Positions 1-7,612 of a stretch of DNA of 19,102 bases are shown in pieces. Numbering within the stretch: position 1 is the stretch's first letter; every line of letters begins with the position of its first letter. The notes beneath the pieces were generated by a model. The model ran no database searches and had not been told where the DNA came from. It saw only the letters and a list, made by a program, of their open reading frames with translations. The position numbers were made by a program, and so were the translations under genes. The DNA comes from Candidatus Fraserbacteria bacterium (lineage in GTDB: Bacteria; Bipolaricaulota; Bipolaricaulia; RBG-16-55-9). The DNA lies in NCBI GenBank assembly GCA_037443265.1, contig JBBIOR010000008.1, forward strand, positions 27,994 to 47,095, in the 5' to 3' direction.

Positions 1-804
1 CCAAGCCTTCACAAAAGCATCGGCTGATGCGCGAGGGTTGAGCCGCCGGACAGAATCGGCCAGCTTGTGACGCGGCAAAATGACGAAATTTTCTGAAAGC
101 TGCTTCAGCACAAAGGCTCCGACTCCCCCATTGAGTCTAAGTCTCAGCTGGCGTTGGTCTAGTTTCTCAGCCTCTTGAATCATGAGCTGGCCGTCTCGAC
201 TGGTCAAGAATTGTCTCAAGCTGCTCAGACGATCGCTTTGGATTTCCGTGTTGAGCACGACATCGTTGATCGTGAACAGCACATCGTCGGCCGTAAGAGG
301 TGTCCCGTCTGAGAATTGAATCTCGCGGAGGGTCAGCGTGAGGGCCGACCCATCGGGCGCGATTTGATGCTCTTCGGCCACCGCGGGCTCGATCTCAAAC
401 GTGATCGGATTGATTTCAAAAAGCTTCGCGTTCATGAGCGAGGTCGTAACTATACTACCCGACACGTAAGGATTCAGCGTAGATAGCGGCGATATGGGGA
501 AGTTGAACGTACCTCCAGTTCGGCCAGGCTCGACGATAATGGGAGCTCCCACGACCTTGGGGTTGGGGGGGAGAATGCCCTGAGCCAGAGCCAGCACCCC
601 GGCAAGAAGCACCGTCCATAAAACTATTGCTTTCGTCACTTGTCGCATCTTGATATCATCGCTGCTGGCACGCAACGCCTCTTCTAGAGCCTGATCGAAA
701 TCGGGCTTCCACCGAGCTTTATCTGGGGGAGTCCGTTGAGCGGACTTGTGAAATAAATCTGCTAGGGCCTGAACACGAAGGGCCTCCCATTGCGGCAGAT
801 TCAT
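1..804 (-). CDS. ABC transporter substrate-binding protein, family 5 (peptide/nickel type); runs off the left edge of the window
   Basis: Hand translation from ATG 804 (SD AGAAAGGAGG upstream) is open to base 1: MNLPQWEAL...MRQVTKAIVLWTVLLAGVLALAQ...EIEPAVAEE...QFSDGTPLTADDVLFT. FSDGxPLTAxDV is the SBP_bac_5 signature. Not in the ORF track. Confidence 0.9.
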   Translation of the reverse strand, partial: MNLPQWEALRVQALADLFHKSAQRTPPDKARWKPDFDQALEEALRASSDDIKMRQVTKAIVLWTVLLAGVLALAQGILPPNPKVVGAPIIVEPGRTGGTFNFPISPLSTLNPYVSGSIVTTSLMNAKLFEINPITFEIEPAVAEEHQIAPDGSALTLTLREIQFSDGTPLTADDVLFTINDVVLNTEIQSDRLSSLRQFLTSRDGQLMIQEAEKLDQRQLRLRLNGGVGAFVLKQLSENFVILPRHKLADSVRRLNPRASADAFVKAW

Positions 805-834
805 GAGACCTCCTTTCTAAGCTCCGATTCTATA

Positions 835-851
835 ACTTGCACTTTGCAAGT
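835..851. promoter_or_regulatory. Palindromic operator 1, putative HxlR-family binding site
   Basis: Perfect 7-3-7 inverted repeat ACTTGCA-CTT-TGCAAGT in the divergent intergenic region next to the HxlR gene. Confidence 0.7.
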
Positions 852-857
852 AACCAA

Positions 858-886
858 AGGGTAGCACAAATGCTTGCAAAATGCAA
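858..886 (-). promoter_or_regulatory. Putative sigma70 promoter for the substrate-binding protein gene
   Basis: Minus strand TTGCAT (886-881), 17 nt, then TACCCT (863-858) preceded by an extended -10 TGn. Confidence 0.45.
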
Positions 887-888
887 GT
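872..888. promoter_or_regulatory. Palindromic operator 2, putative HxlR-family binding site
   Basis: gCTTGCA-AAA-TGCAAGt, a second copy 37 bp from the first; overlaps the predicted -35 elements. Confidence 0.7.
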
Positions 889-915
889 GTCAAGACAGAG
901 TGATTGCTGTATAAT
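887..915 (+). promoter_or_regulatory. Putative sigma70 promoter for hxlR-GNAT
   Basis: GTGTCA (887-892), 17 nt, TATAAT (910-915). Confidence 0.55.
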
Positions 916-932
916 AAGCACTTGGGAACACT

Positions 933-1286
933 ATGGGTAAGACCGGCCGAAGAAGCACTGTGCCTTGGCGCTCTTATTGCCCCATTGCCTGTACCTTGGA
1001 CCTGGTAGGCGACCGCTGGAGCTTGCTGATCGTCCGAGACCTCTTAACGGGGAAGAAGCGCTACGGGGAATTTTTGGAGTCCCCAGAGAAGATCCCCACG
1101 AACATCCTGGCCGAACGGCTTAAGCATCTAGAGAGCGCAGGGATCATCAAGAGAAAGCTCTACAGCTGGCACCCGCCGCGGGCAGAGTATCATCTGACCG
1201 CTAAGGGACGAGGGCTAGCGTCGGTGCTCCAAGCCATGTACGCATGGGCCATCAAGCATCTCCCACAAGTCCGTAAGAGCAGTTAG
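933..1286 (+). CDS. HxlR (MarR/DUF24) family winged-helix transcriptional regulator
   Basis: RSYCPIACTLDLVGDRWSLLIVRDLL...ILAERLKHLESAGII...PPRAEYHLTAKG; conserved N-terminal CP cysteine. Confidence 0.93.
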   Translation: MGKTGRRSTVPWRSYCPIACTLDLVGDRWSLLIVRDLLTGKKRYGEFLESPEKIPTNILAERLKHLESAGIIKRKLYSWHPPRAEYHLTAKGRGLASVLQAMYAWAIKHLPQVRKSS

Positions 1287-1296
1287 GTGAGCCTCG

Positions 1297-1731
1297 ATGG
1301 ACATCCGCATCCGTGACATTCGTCTGGAGGACTACGATGTGCTCATCGCGCTCTGGGAGGAGGCGGATCTGCCTTACAAGCCTCGGGGCCGGGATAGCCG
1401 CGAAGCCTTCGCCCGGCAGCTCGAACAGAAAAGCTCGATGTATCTCGTAGCGGAAGTCGACGGGCGAATCGTCGGCTCCGTCCTGGGAACCCACGATGGG
1501 CGCAAGGGCTGGATCAACCGCCTGGCTGTCCTGCCCGCGTATCGTCGTCGCGGCATCGCCCGCCGGCTCGTCGAGGGAGTCGAGCAGCGCTTAGAAGCCC
1601 AGGGCATCGAGATCGTAGCCGCTCTGATCGAAGACTGGAATGAGATCTCAATGAGGACCTTTGAGCACCTGGGCTACCGGCGACAGCCGGGGATCCTCTA
1701 CTTCAGCAAGAGGAAGCACCCCGAGGTCTGA
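1297..1731 (+). CDS. GNAT family N-acetyltransferase (YpeA-like)
   Basis: GTHDGRKGWINRLAV and the acetyl-CoA binding motif YRRRGIARRL. Confidence 0.9.
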   Translation: MDIRIRDIRLEDYDVLIALWEEADLPYKPRGRDSREAFARQLEQKSSMYLVAEVDGRIVGSVLGTHDGRKGWINRLAVLPAYRRRGIARRLVEGVEQRLEAQGIEIVAALIEDWNEISMRTFEHLGYRRQPGILYFSKRKHPEV

Positions 1732-1734
1732 CGG

Positions 1735-2562
1735 CTAGGCCGCGGACTGCCACCCCAATCTGAAGCGGCATGCGTGCCTAAGCGCAAGCGCCAGCCGCTC
1801 GACCTCGCTCTTCATCCTCTGTCTGCATCCCAGATGCTCTTCTATGAGCTTAATGAGAGCACTCCCCACAATCACCCCATCTGCACCAGCTCGCAGAAGA
1901 GACCACACCTGCTCCGGCCGGCTTATGCCAAATCCCACAAGCAACGGAAGCCCAGTAAGCCCCCGAATCCGCTTTATGGTCTCGATAGTCCTTGGCTCGA
2001 GCTCATCCCGCGCCCCGGTCACCCCCAAGACGGAGACGACGTAAATGAAAGCCTTCGAGTTTCTGATGATTTTGCGCAGCCGCCTCCCTGGCGTCGTGGG
2101 CGCAGCCAGGAAGATCTGAGCTAGGCCCTCTTCACAAGCGGCAGAGAGGACCGGAGCCGACTCTTCTATGGGAAGATCGGCAATAAGAAGGCTATCGACG
2201 CCCGCCTCAGCCACCTGCCCACAGAAATCTTCCACACCCCGGCCATAGACGAGATTATAATACGTGAGAAGGCCAATGGGGATCTCTCCATTCTGCTCGC
2301 GCACCCTTCGGATCAGCTCGAAGGCCCTGTCAGGAGTGATGCCGCTCTCTAGGGCGCGCTGGCTGGCTCGCTGAATCGTGGGCCCATCCGCGATCGGATC
2401 AGAGAACGGCAGCCCCAGCTCCAGCATGTCTGCGCCCGAATCCATGAGGACCTTTATGATATCCAGCGAGGTCTCATAATCCGGGTCGCCCAGGACGACA
2501 AAGGGCACAAAAGCTCCGCATCCCTCCCCGCGTAGCTTCTGAAAGATTTTATAGCGCTCCAT
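1735..2562 (-). CDS. trpA: Tryptophan synthase alpha subunit
   Basis: [39 protein letters not shown] motifs. Confidence 0.98.
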   Translation of the reverse strand: MERYKIFQKLRGEGCGAFVPFVVLGDPDYETSLDIIKVLMDSGADMLELGLPFSDPIADGPTIQRASQRALESGITPDRAFELIRRVREQNGEIPIGLLTYYNLVYGRGVEDFCGQVAEAGVDSLLIADLPIEESAPVLSAACEEGLAQIFLAAPTTPGRRLRKIIRNSKAFIYVVSVLGVTGARDELEPRTIETIKRIRGLTGLPLLVGFGISRPEQVWSLLRAGADGVIVGSALIKLIEEHLGCRQRMKSEVERLALALRHACRFRLGWQSAA

Positions 2563-3745
2563 GGAGAACTCTTTCCACCTCGAAGAGATCTTTGTCTCCT
2601 CGGCCGCTCAGATTGACGATGATGATCTCGTCTCTTCTAGCGCTCCCGGCCAGCTTGAGCGCATAAGCCAGCGCATGAGCGGACTCCAAGGCCGGAATGA
2701 TCCCCTCCACTTTTGAGAGAATCTGAAAGGCCTCCAGGGCTTCTTCATCTGTGACGGAGACGTATTGCACCCGGCCGATCTCGCGCAGGAAGGCGTGTTC
2801 CGGCCCGACAGCCGGATAGTCCAGCCCGGCGGCGATCGAATGGGTGTTTAAAATCTGGCCGTGCTCATCTTGCAGCACATACGTGAGCGTCCCGTGGAGC
2901 ACCCCCGGCCGGCCCCGCTTAGGATCTCCAAACCGCGAGGCGTGCCGGCCCGTCTTAAGCCCCAAGCCGCCTGCCTCCACGCCGATCAGCTCCACGCGCT
3001 CCGCGAGAAATTCTTTGAAGATCCCGATGGCGTTCGACCCTCCTCCTACGCAAGCAATGATCGCCTGCGGCAGCTTCCCTTCCTCCTCTAGGATCTGCTC
3101 TTTGGTCTCACGGCCAATAATAGACTGAAAGAAGGCCACCATCTCCGGATAGGGGTGCGGCCCCAGGACAGATCCCAGAAGATAATGCGTGTGTTCGACG
3201 CTCTTCGTCCAGTCTCTTAGAGCTTCGTTTATGGCATCTTTAAGGGTCTGGGAGCCGCCGTCTACCGGGATCACTTCAGCCCCTAGAAGCCTCATGCGGA
3301 AGACGTTGATCCTCTGGCGCTCCATGTCTCTTCTACCCATGTAGATCTCGGTCTTGAGGCCCAGCTTAGCCCCGGCGGTGGCGGTGGCCACGCCGTGCTG
3401 GCCCGCCCCGGTCTCCGCGATGAGGCGCCTCTTGCCCATGCGCTTGGCCAGAAGAGCTTGCCCCAGGGCGTTGTTGATCTTGTGAGCTCCCGTGTGCGCC
3501 AAGTCTTCCCGTTTGAGATAGATCTTGCCACCGTATCTTCGGCTTAGATTTTGCGCAAACGTCAAGGGCGTGGGTCGACCGGCATACCGGCGCAAGAGAC
3601 CCTCAAACTCTTCCTTAAAGCTCTTATCGCTCTTGGCCCTATGAAACTTGCGGGCGAGCTCTTCGAGGGCGAACATCAACGTCTCCGGCACGAAGGTGCC
3701 GCCGTAGTTTCCGTACCGGCCTCTCGGGTCTGAGTAGGGCTTCAT
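2549..3745 (-). CDS. trpB: Tryptophan synthase beta subunit
   Basis: [16 protein letters not shown] (PLP lysine), [28 protein letters not shown]. Confidence 0.99.
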   Translation of the reverse strand: MKPYSDPRGRYGNYGGTFVPETLMFALEELARKFHRAKSDKSFKEEFEGLLRRYAGRPTPLTFAQNLSRRYGGKIYLKREDLAHTGAHKINNALGQALLAKRMGKRRLIAETGAGQHGVATATAGAKLGLKTEIYMGRRDMERQRINVFRMRLLGAEVIPVDGGSQTLKDAINEALRDWTKSVEHTHYLLGSVLGPHPYPEMVAFFQSIIGRETKEQILEEEGKLPQAIIACVGGGSNAIGIFKEFLAERVELIGVEAGGLGLKTGRHASRFGDPKRGRPGVLHGTLTYVLQDEHGQILNTHSIAAGLDYPAVGPEHAFLREIGRVQYVSVTDEEALEAFQILSKVEGIIPALESAHALAYALKLAGSARRDEIIIVNLSGRGDKDLFEVERVLHGAL

Positions 3746-4515
3746 AGCTCTCCTAGAAGCTCCTTGACTTTGCTCGCTGGATCTTGAGCTTTCAAGATGG
3801 AGGTGCCTACGAGCACTCCGCGGGCTCCCGTGCTTTGAAGATAGAGCACATCGCCACGGGTCAAGACGCCGCTCTCGCTTAGGACTGGCCGATCAGCCCG
3901 CTCCTGTGAAAGAATTCTTTCTGTAACGGAGAGATCCACCGTCAGAGTCTTAAGATTTCTGTTGTTGATCCCGATGATGTCCGTCTCCGTCTCTTTCGCT
4001 TTGATGAACTCTTCCAGGGAGAAGACTTCTAAGACGGTCTCAAGTCCTAGCTCGTGGGCGTATGAGATCATCTCTTTTAGAGGGAGCTGCGTCAGCCCCT
4101 TCTCAAACAGACTCAAGATGAGCAGAGCCGCATCGGCTCCACAGCTCCCTGCCGCCTCTAGCTGCAGGGGGGCGATGACGAAGTCTTTATAGAGCACGGG
4201 CAGGCCATAGCTTTTGGCAATGGAGATGTCCTCCATCTGGCCCGAGAAGACCCGCTTTTCGCACACGATGGCCAGGGCCTGCGCTCCGGCGGCCCAAAGC
4301 TCCTCCACCAAGGGCCCAATCTCGCCCACCCACAGATCCCCCTCCACCGGCGAGCGATGCTCAATGACCGGAATGAGCAAAAAATCCCGAGATGCCATAA
4401 GGCGCCGCAGAGAGATGTGCGGGTAGCGCTGTCTCTTTACGACGTAATGTCCCTCGGCTATGGCTTTCTCGATCTCTGTGCTGATCCCCTCCAGGAAATC
4501 CGTCATAGGGGTCAC
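3742..4515 (-). CDS. trpC: Indole-3-glycerol phosphate synthase, atypical N-terminal active-site motif
   Basis: [36 protein letters not shown] motifs; position in the trp operon. Confidence 0.9.
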   Translation of the reverse strand: MTPMTDFLEGISTEIEKAIAEGHYVVKRQRYPHISLRRLMASRDFLLIPVIEHRSPVEGDLWVGEIGPLVEELWAAGAQALAIVCEKRVFSGQMEDISIAKSYGLPVLYKDFVIAPLQLEAAGSCGADAALLILSLFEKGLTQLPLKEMISYAHELGLETVLEVFSLEEFIKAKETETDIIGINNRNLKTLTVDLSVTERILSQERADRPVLSESGVLTRGDVLYLQSTGARGVLVGTSILKAQDPASKVKELLGEL

Positions 4516-5543
4516 CTCATCCTTTTGAGGAGCAGCTTAAGTTTCTCATAGGCCGCTCCGCTCTTTAAGCTCTCGTGGGCCAGCATCAGGCCCTCCTCCA
4601 GAGAGCCGGCGGCGCCACTGGCATAGAGCGCGGCCCCAGCATTGAGGAGGAGCATCTCAGAGCGCGCGTCGTGGAGCTTGTTCCGGAGCAACTGTAGGGC
4701 AATCTTTGCGCTCTCTCTGGGAGGGAGCGCCCGAAGCTCATCCGGGTCCGCACGCCGCAGAAAAAACGCCTCCGGCGAGAGCTCATAATGACGGATCTTC
4801 CCATGGAGGAGCTCGCCCACGCGCGTGAGGCCCACATTGGAGAGTTCATCCAGCCCGTCCAGGCCGTAGACGACCAGTGCCCTCTTGATCCCCAGGGCTC
4901 GCAGCACTTCGGGATAGATCTCCACAAGATGGGGGTCAAAGACTCCCATGAGGTGTGCCTGGGCTCCCGCCGGATTGGCCAACGGCCCCAAGAGATTGAA
5001 GATCGTCCGGATGCCCAGGGCCTTCCTTACAGGAGCCGCATGTCTCATGGCCGGATGGAACTTGGGCGCAAATAAGAATCCGATTCCGATCTCCTCGATG
5101 CATCTTTGGACGATGCCGGGCGGGGCCTCCAGATTGAGGCCCAAAGCTTCTAAAAGATCGGCGCTGCCACAGGGGCCGGTGACACTGCGATTGCCGTGCT
5201 TGGCCACCGGCACGCCGGCCCCGGCGACCACAAAGGCCGCCAGCGTCGAGACGTTGAACGTCTTAAGCCGAGCTCCACCGGTGCCACAGACGTCCGTAAG
5301 CAGCCCGCCCATCGCCTGAACTTTGGGATGGATGCGGAGGCTCTTCTCGCGCAGCACTTGGGCACAGGCGACTATCTCTTCGAGCGTCTCGCCCTTGACG
5401 CGCAGCCCCATCAAGAACGCCCCGATCTGCGCAGGATCGCAAGAACCGCTCATCAACTCCCCCATCGCTCCTTTGGCCAGTTCCCCATTCAGATCTTCTC
5501 CCTCTGCCAGCAAAGCGAGGGCCTCGCTGATCTTTTCATTCAT
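4512..5543 (-). CDS. trpD: Anthranilate phosphoribosyltransferase
   Basis: DVCGTGG, TFNVST, VAKHGNRS, GSADLLEALG, RTIFNLLGPLANP, DGLDE. Confidence 0.98.
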   Translation of the reverse strand: MNEKISEALALLAEGEDLNGELAKGAMGELMSGSCDPAQIGAFLMGLRVKGETLEEIVACAQVLREKSLRIHPKVQAMGGLLTDVCGTGGARLKTFNVSTLAAFVVAGAGVPVAKHGNRSVTGPCGSADLLEALGLNLEAPPGIVQRCIEEIGIGFLFAPKFHPAMRHAAPVRKALGIRTIFNLLGPLANPAGAQAHLMGVFDPHLVEIYPEVLRALGIKRALVVYGLDGLDELSNVGLTRVGELLHGKIRHYELSPEAFFLRRADPDELRALPPRESAKIALQLLRNKLHDARSEMLLLNAGAALYASGAAGSLEEGLMLAHESLKSGAAYEKLKLLLKRMR

Positions 5544-6148
5544 GGCACACTCACCCTCCCGCCCCTTAAGATGGCCGGTCCCAGAAAGTTGGAGAGCAGC
5601 CGACGCCCGTATTCTGTCAAGATCGACTCGGGATGAAACTGCACTCCCTCAATGGGCAAGAAGCTGTGGCGAATGCCCATGATCTCGCTCTCTTCAGAGA
5701 TCGCGCTGATCTTAAGACACTTAGGGAGCGAGCGGGGGTCTACGGCCAAGGAGTGATAGCGTGCGGCGCGAAAGCCGTTGGGGATCTTTCGGAATATCCC
5801 CCGGCCATCGTGATAGATCCTAGACGTCTTGCCGTGAAGTATCCGCGTAGCTTGGATAATCTTTCCCCCAAAGACGGCTGCAATGCCCTGATGGCCCAGA
5901 CAGACTCCAAGAGTCGGCACGCGCGGCGAAAGCTCCTTTAAGACGCGCGCACAGAGGCCAAAATCCCGCGCGTTCCCTGGATGCCCCGGACCCGGCGAGA
6001 TCACAATCCGCTCGGGCTTCTGCTCTGCCAGCTGCTCCCACGGCAGCTCATCGTTGCGGAAGACGATGGGCTGCGCTCCCAGTTCGCCCAGATACTGCAC
6101 GAGATTGAAGGTGAAGGAGTCATAGTTATCGATGACTAGGACGCGCAT
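5540..6148 (-). CDS. trpG: Anthranilate synthase component II (glutamine amidotransferase)
   Basis: Start moved to ATG 6148 (MRVLVIDNYDSFTFNL, SD AAGGAGG). Motifs ISPGPG, LGVCLGHQ, RYHSL, GVQFHPES. Confidence 0.97.
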   Translation of the reverse strand: MRVLVIDNYDSFTFNLVQYLGELGAQPIVFRNDELPWEQLAEQKPERIVISPGPGHPGNARDFGLCARVLKELSPRVPTLGVCLGHQGIAAVFGGKIIQATRILHGKTSRIYHDGRGIFRKIPNGFRAARYHSLAVDPRSLPKCLKISAISEESEIMGIRHSFLPIEGVQFHPESILTEYGRRLLSNFLGPAILRGGRVSVP

Positions 6149-7538
6149 GAGGTCGCCTCCTTGAGAGCTGCTCTTAAGGCCGCCAGCTTGCGCTCCGTCT
6201 CCTCCCATTCGCGCTGGGGGACGGAATCATAGACGATCCCCGCCCCAGCTCTTAAGAATAACTTCTCTTTGTCGGCGTAGAGCGTGCGGATGGCAATGGC
6301 CATGTCCAAATTCCCGTTGAGGGAGAGATACCCTACAGCCCCGGCGTACGGCCCGCGGGCCGTCTTCTCCAGCTGGGCGATGATCTCCATGGCTCGAAGC
6401 TTTGGGGCTCCCGTGACGGTGCCCGCGGGGAAGAGCGCAGCGAACGCATCGAGCGCATCAAGATCTCTTCTAAGACGACCCTCCACCCGCGAGACCAGAT
6501 GCTGGACATGACTGAAGCACTCGACGCTTAAAAAATGGGGCACGCGCACGCTGCCGTATTCACTCACCCGGCCGATGTCGTTTCGGGCCAGATCCACGAG
6601 CATGGCGTGCTCCGCCCGTTCCTTCTCATCCGCCAGAAGCTCCTGGCGATAGCGTTCACGCTCCCGTTGCCTACTCCCTAACGGACGCGTCCCCGCAATG
6701 GGATAGGTAATGACGCGTTCGCCTAAGACGGCCACCAGCATCTCCGGGCTGCTGCCCGCGATGATTCGCTCGCCGAAATCTAAAAAGAACATATACGGCG
6801 AAGGGTTGATGCGACGGAGCGCTCGATAGAACGCCAGAAGATCTCCGTCATAGGAGGCAAAAAGCTCGCGTGAGAGCACGGCTTGATAGATCTCACCCGC
6901 GCGGATGGCTTGCCGGATCTGCTCAACGGCTCCTTGGAACTCCTGACGGCAGAGATCTTGGTCGAAGGGGCCAACTCGAAGGCCTTCGACCGGCAGCTCC
7001 GCCCCCTCTAAAGCCTCTTGCACGATGGGGAGGCGATCCTCCCCATATGAGAAGTAATAGGCACGCCCCTGACGATGATCATAGGTGATCCCGTCCAGGA
7101 AGAGCCCCAACTCGAAATCCGGGAAGTTTGAGGGGGGAGAGCGCCGCGGAAACCTCTCCAGATGGCACACAAAGGGGTAACTGAAGTAGCCTACCAGGCC
7201 TCCGGCGTAGCGCTGCAGGGGACCCTCAGCCGAAGCGCTATGATATTGAGCTAGAGTCTCTCTTAAGAACTCCAGCGGGCGACCAAAGCCGGTCTCGACG
7301 CTCCCCGTTTAGCAATAGCCTCCCGGCCTTGAGGGCGAAGAGGGCCACGGGGCTAAAGCCGAGGAAGCTGAACTGGGCCCTCCTCTCTGGAGACGGCGCG
7401 CTCTCTAGAAGAAAGCTGATGCGCGCTCTCTCGCGCAGACGGCGATATAGCTCTAGAGGCTCTAGGGGTGGGATCTCGCAGAAGACGGGGGGAATTTTAG
7501 AAGAAGAACCAAAGATACTCACCCGGCAGAGATCTCAT
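6136..7538 (-). CDS. trpE: Anthranilate synthase component I, encoded in three frames joined by two putative +1 frameshifts (466 aa if both occur)
   Basis: Frame A, 7538-7512: MRSLPGEYL. Frame B, 7510-7286: contains FLLES and FSFLG. Frame C, 7284-6136: contains PLEFLRETL, GGLVGYFSY, NPSPYM, SSPE, PIAGT, EHAMLVDLARND, PAGTVTGAPK, IRT. PIAGT and operon context indicate TrpE rather than PabB. Gene identity is secure; the frameshift mechanism is inferred. Confidence 0.85.
7282..7288 (-). other. Putative +1 frameshift site 2 (CTT TGG T)
   Basis: In-frame CTT (7288-7286) TGG (7285-7283), the only Trp codon in frame B. A +1 slip gives TTT GGT CGC CCG CTG GAG, the frame open to the trpE stop at 6136. 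Confidence 0.65.
7497..7538 (-). CDS. trpE leader / zero-frame ORF MRSLPGEYLWFFF
   Basis: ATG AGA TCT CTG CCG GGT GAG TAT CTT TGG TTC TTC TTC TAA, with SD AAGGAGG (7555-7549) 10 nt upstream and a promoter directly ahead. Confidence 0.8.
   Translation of the reverse strand: MRSLPGEYLWFFF
7508..7524 (-). other. Putative +1 frameshift site 1, prfB-like (GGGTGAG TAT CTT TGG T)
   Basis: SD-like GGTGA(G), TAT spacer, CTT, then TGG; prfB has AGGGGG TAT CTT TGA. A +1 slip enters trpE frame B at GGT 7510. Confidence 0.7.
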
Positions 7539-7562
7539 GGCGGATCATCCTCCTTGGGAGGC

Positions 7563-7591
7563 ATTATAGAAGCACCCTGGGGGAAAGTCAA
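7563..7591 (-). promoter_or_regulatory. sigma70 promoter of the trp operon
   Basis: TTGACT (7591-7586), 17 nt, TATAAT (7568-7563). Predicted start near 7556 leaves a 5' UTR of only about 18 nt. Confidence 0.85.
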
Positions 7592-7612
7592 GGGGCATGA
7601 GCGCGGCCGCCC

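Noticed and set aside
853..859. Another CTTTGGT on the minus strand (also one on the plus strand near 3100)
   Set aside because: These are intergenic or antisense. A 7-mer is expected a couple of times by chance in 19 kb, so only the in-frame copies at the trpE junctions are informative.
888..893. Perfect TTGACA on the minus strand
   Set aside because: No acceptable -10 lies 16-18 nt downstream; TTGCAT/TACCCT fits better.
1725..1745. Terminator between the convergent GNAT and trpA genes
   Set aside because: Only 3 bp separate the stop codons, and no hairpin with a U-tract is visible.
6149..6208. N-terminal extension of trpG in the ORF track
   Set aside because: It overlaps the trpE 3' end; homology and an SD point to ATG 6148.
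7238..7522. trpE as a simple pseudogene, or as two separate genes (94 aa and 344 aa ORFs)
   Set aside because: Neither ORF-track start has an SD, the GGLVGYFSY motif lies upstream of the 7170 start, all catalytic motifs and downstream trp genes are intact, and both breaks coincide with CTT TGG T. An indel error at site 2 is not fully excluded.
7539..7612. Classical trp attenuator, T-box or TRAP site upstream of trpE
   Set aside because: The 5' UTR is about 18 nt, with no terminator hairpin plus U-tract, no T-box motif and no (G/U)AG repeat array.
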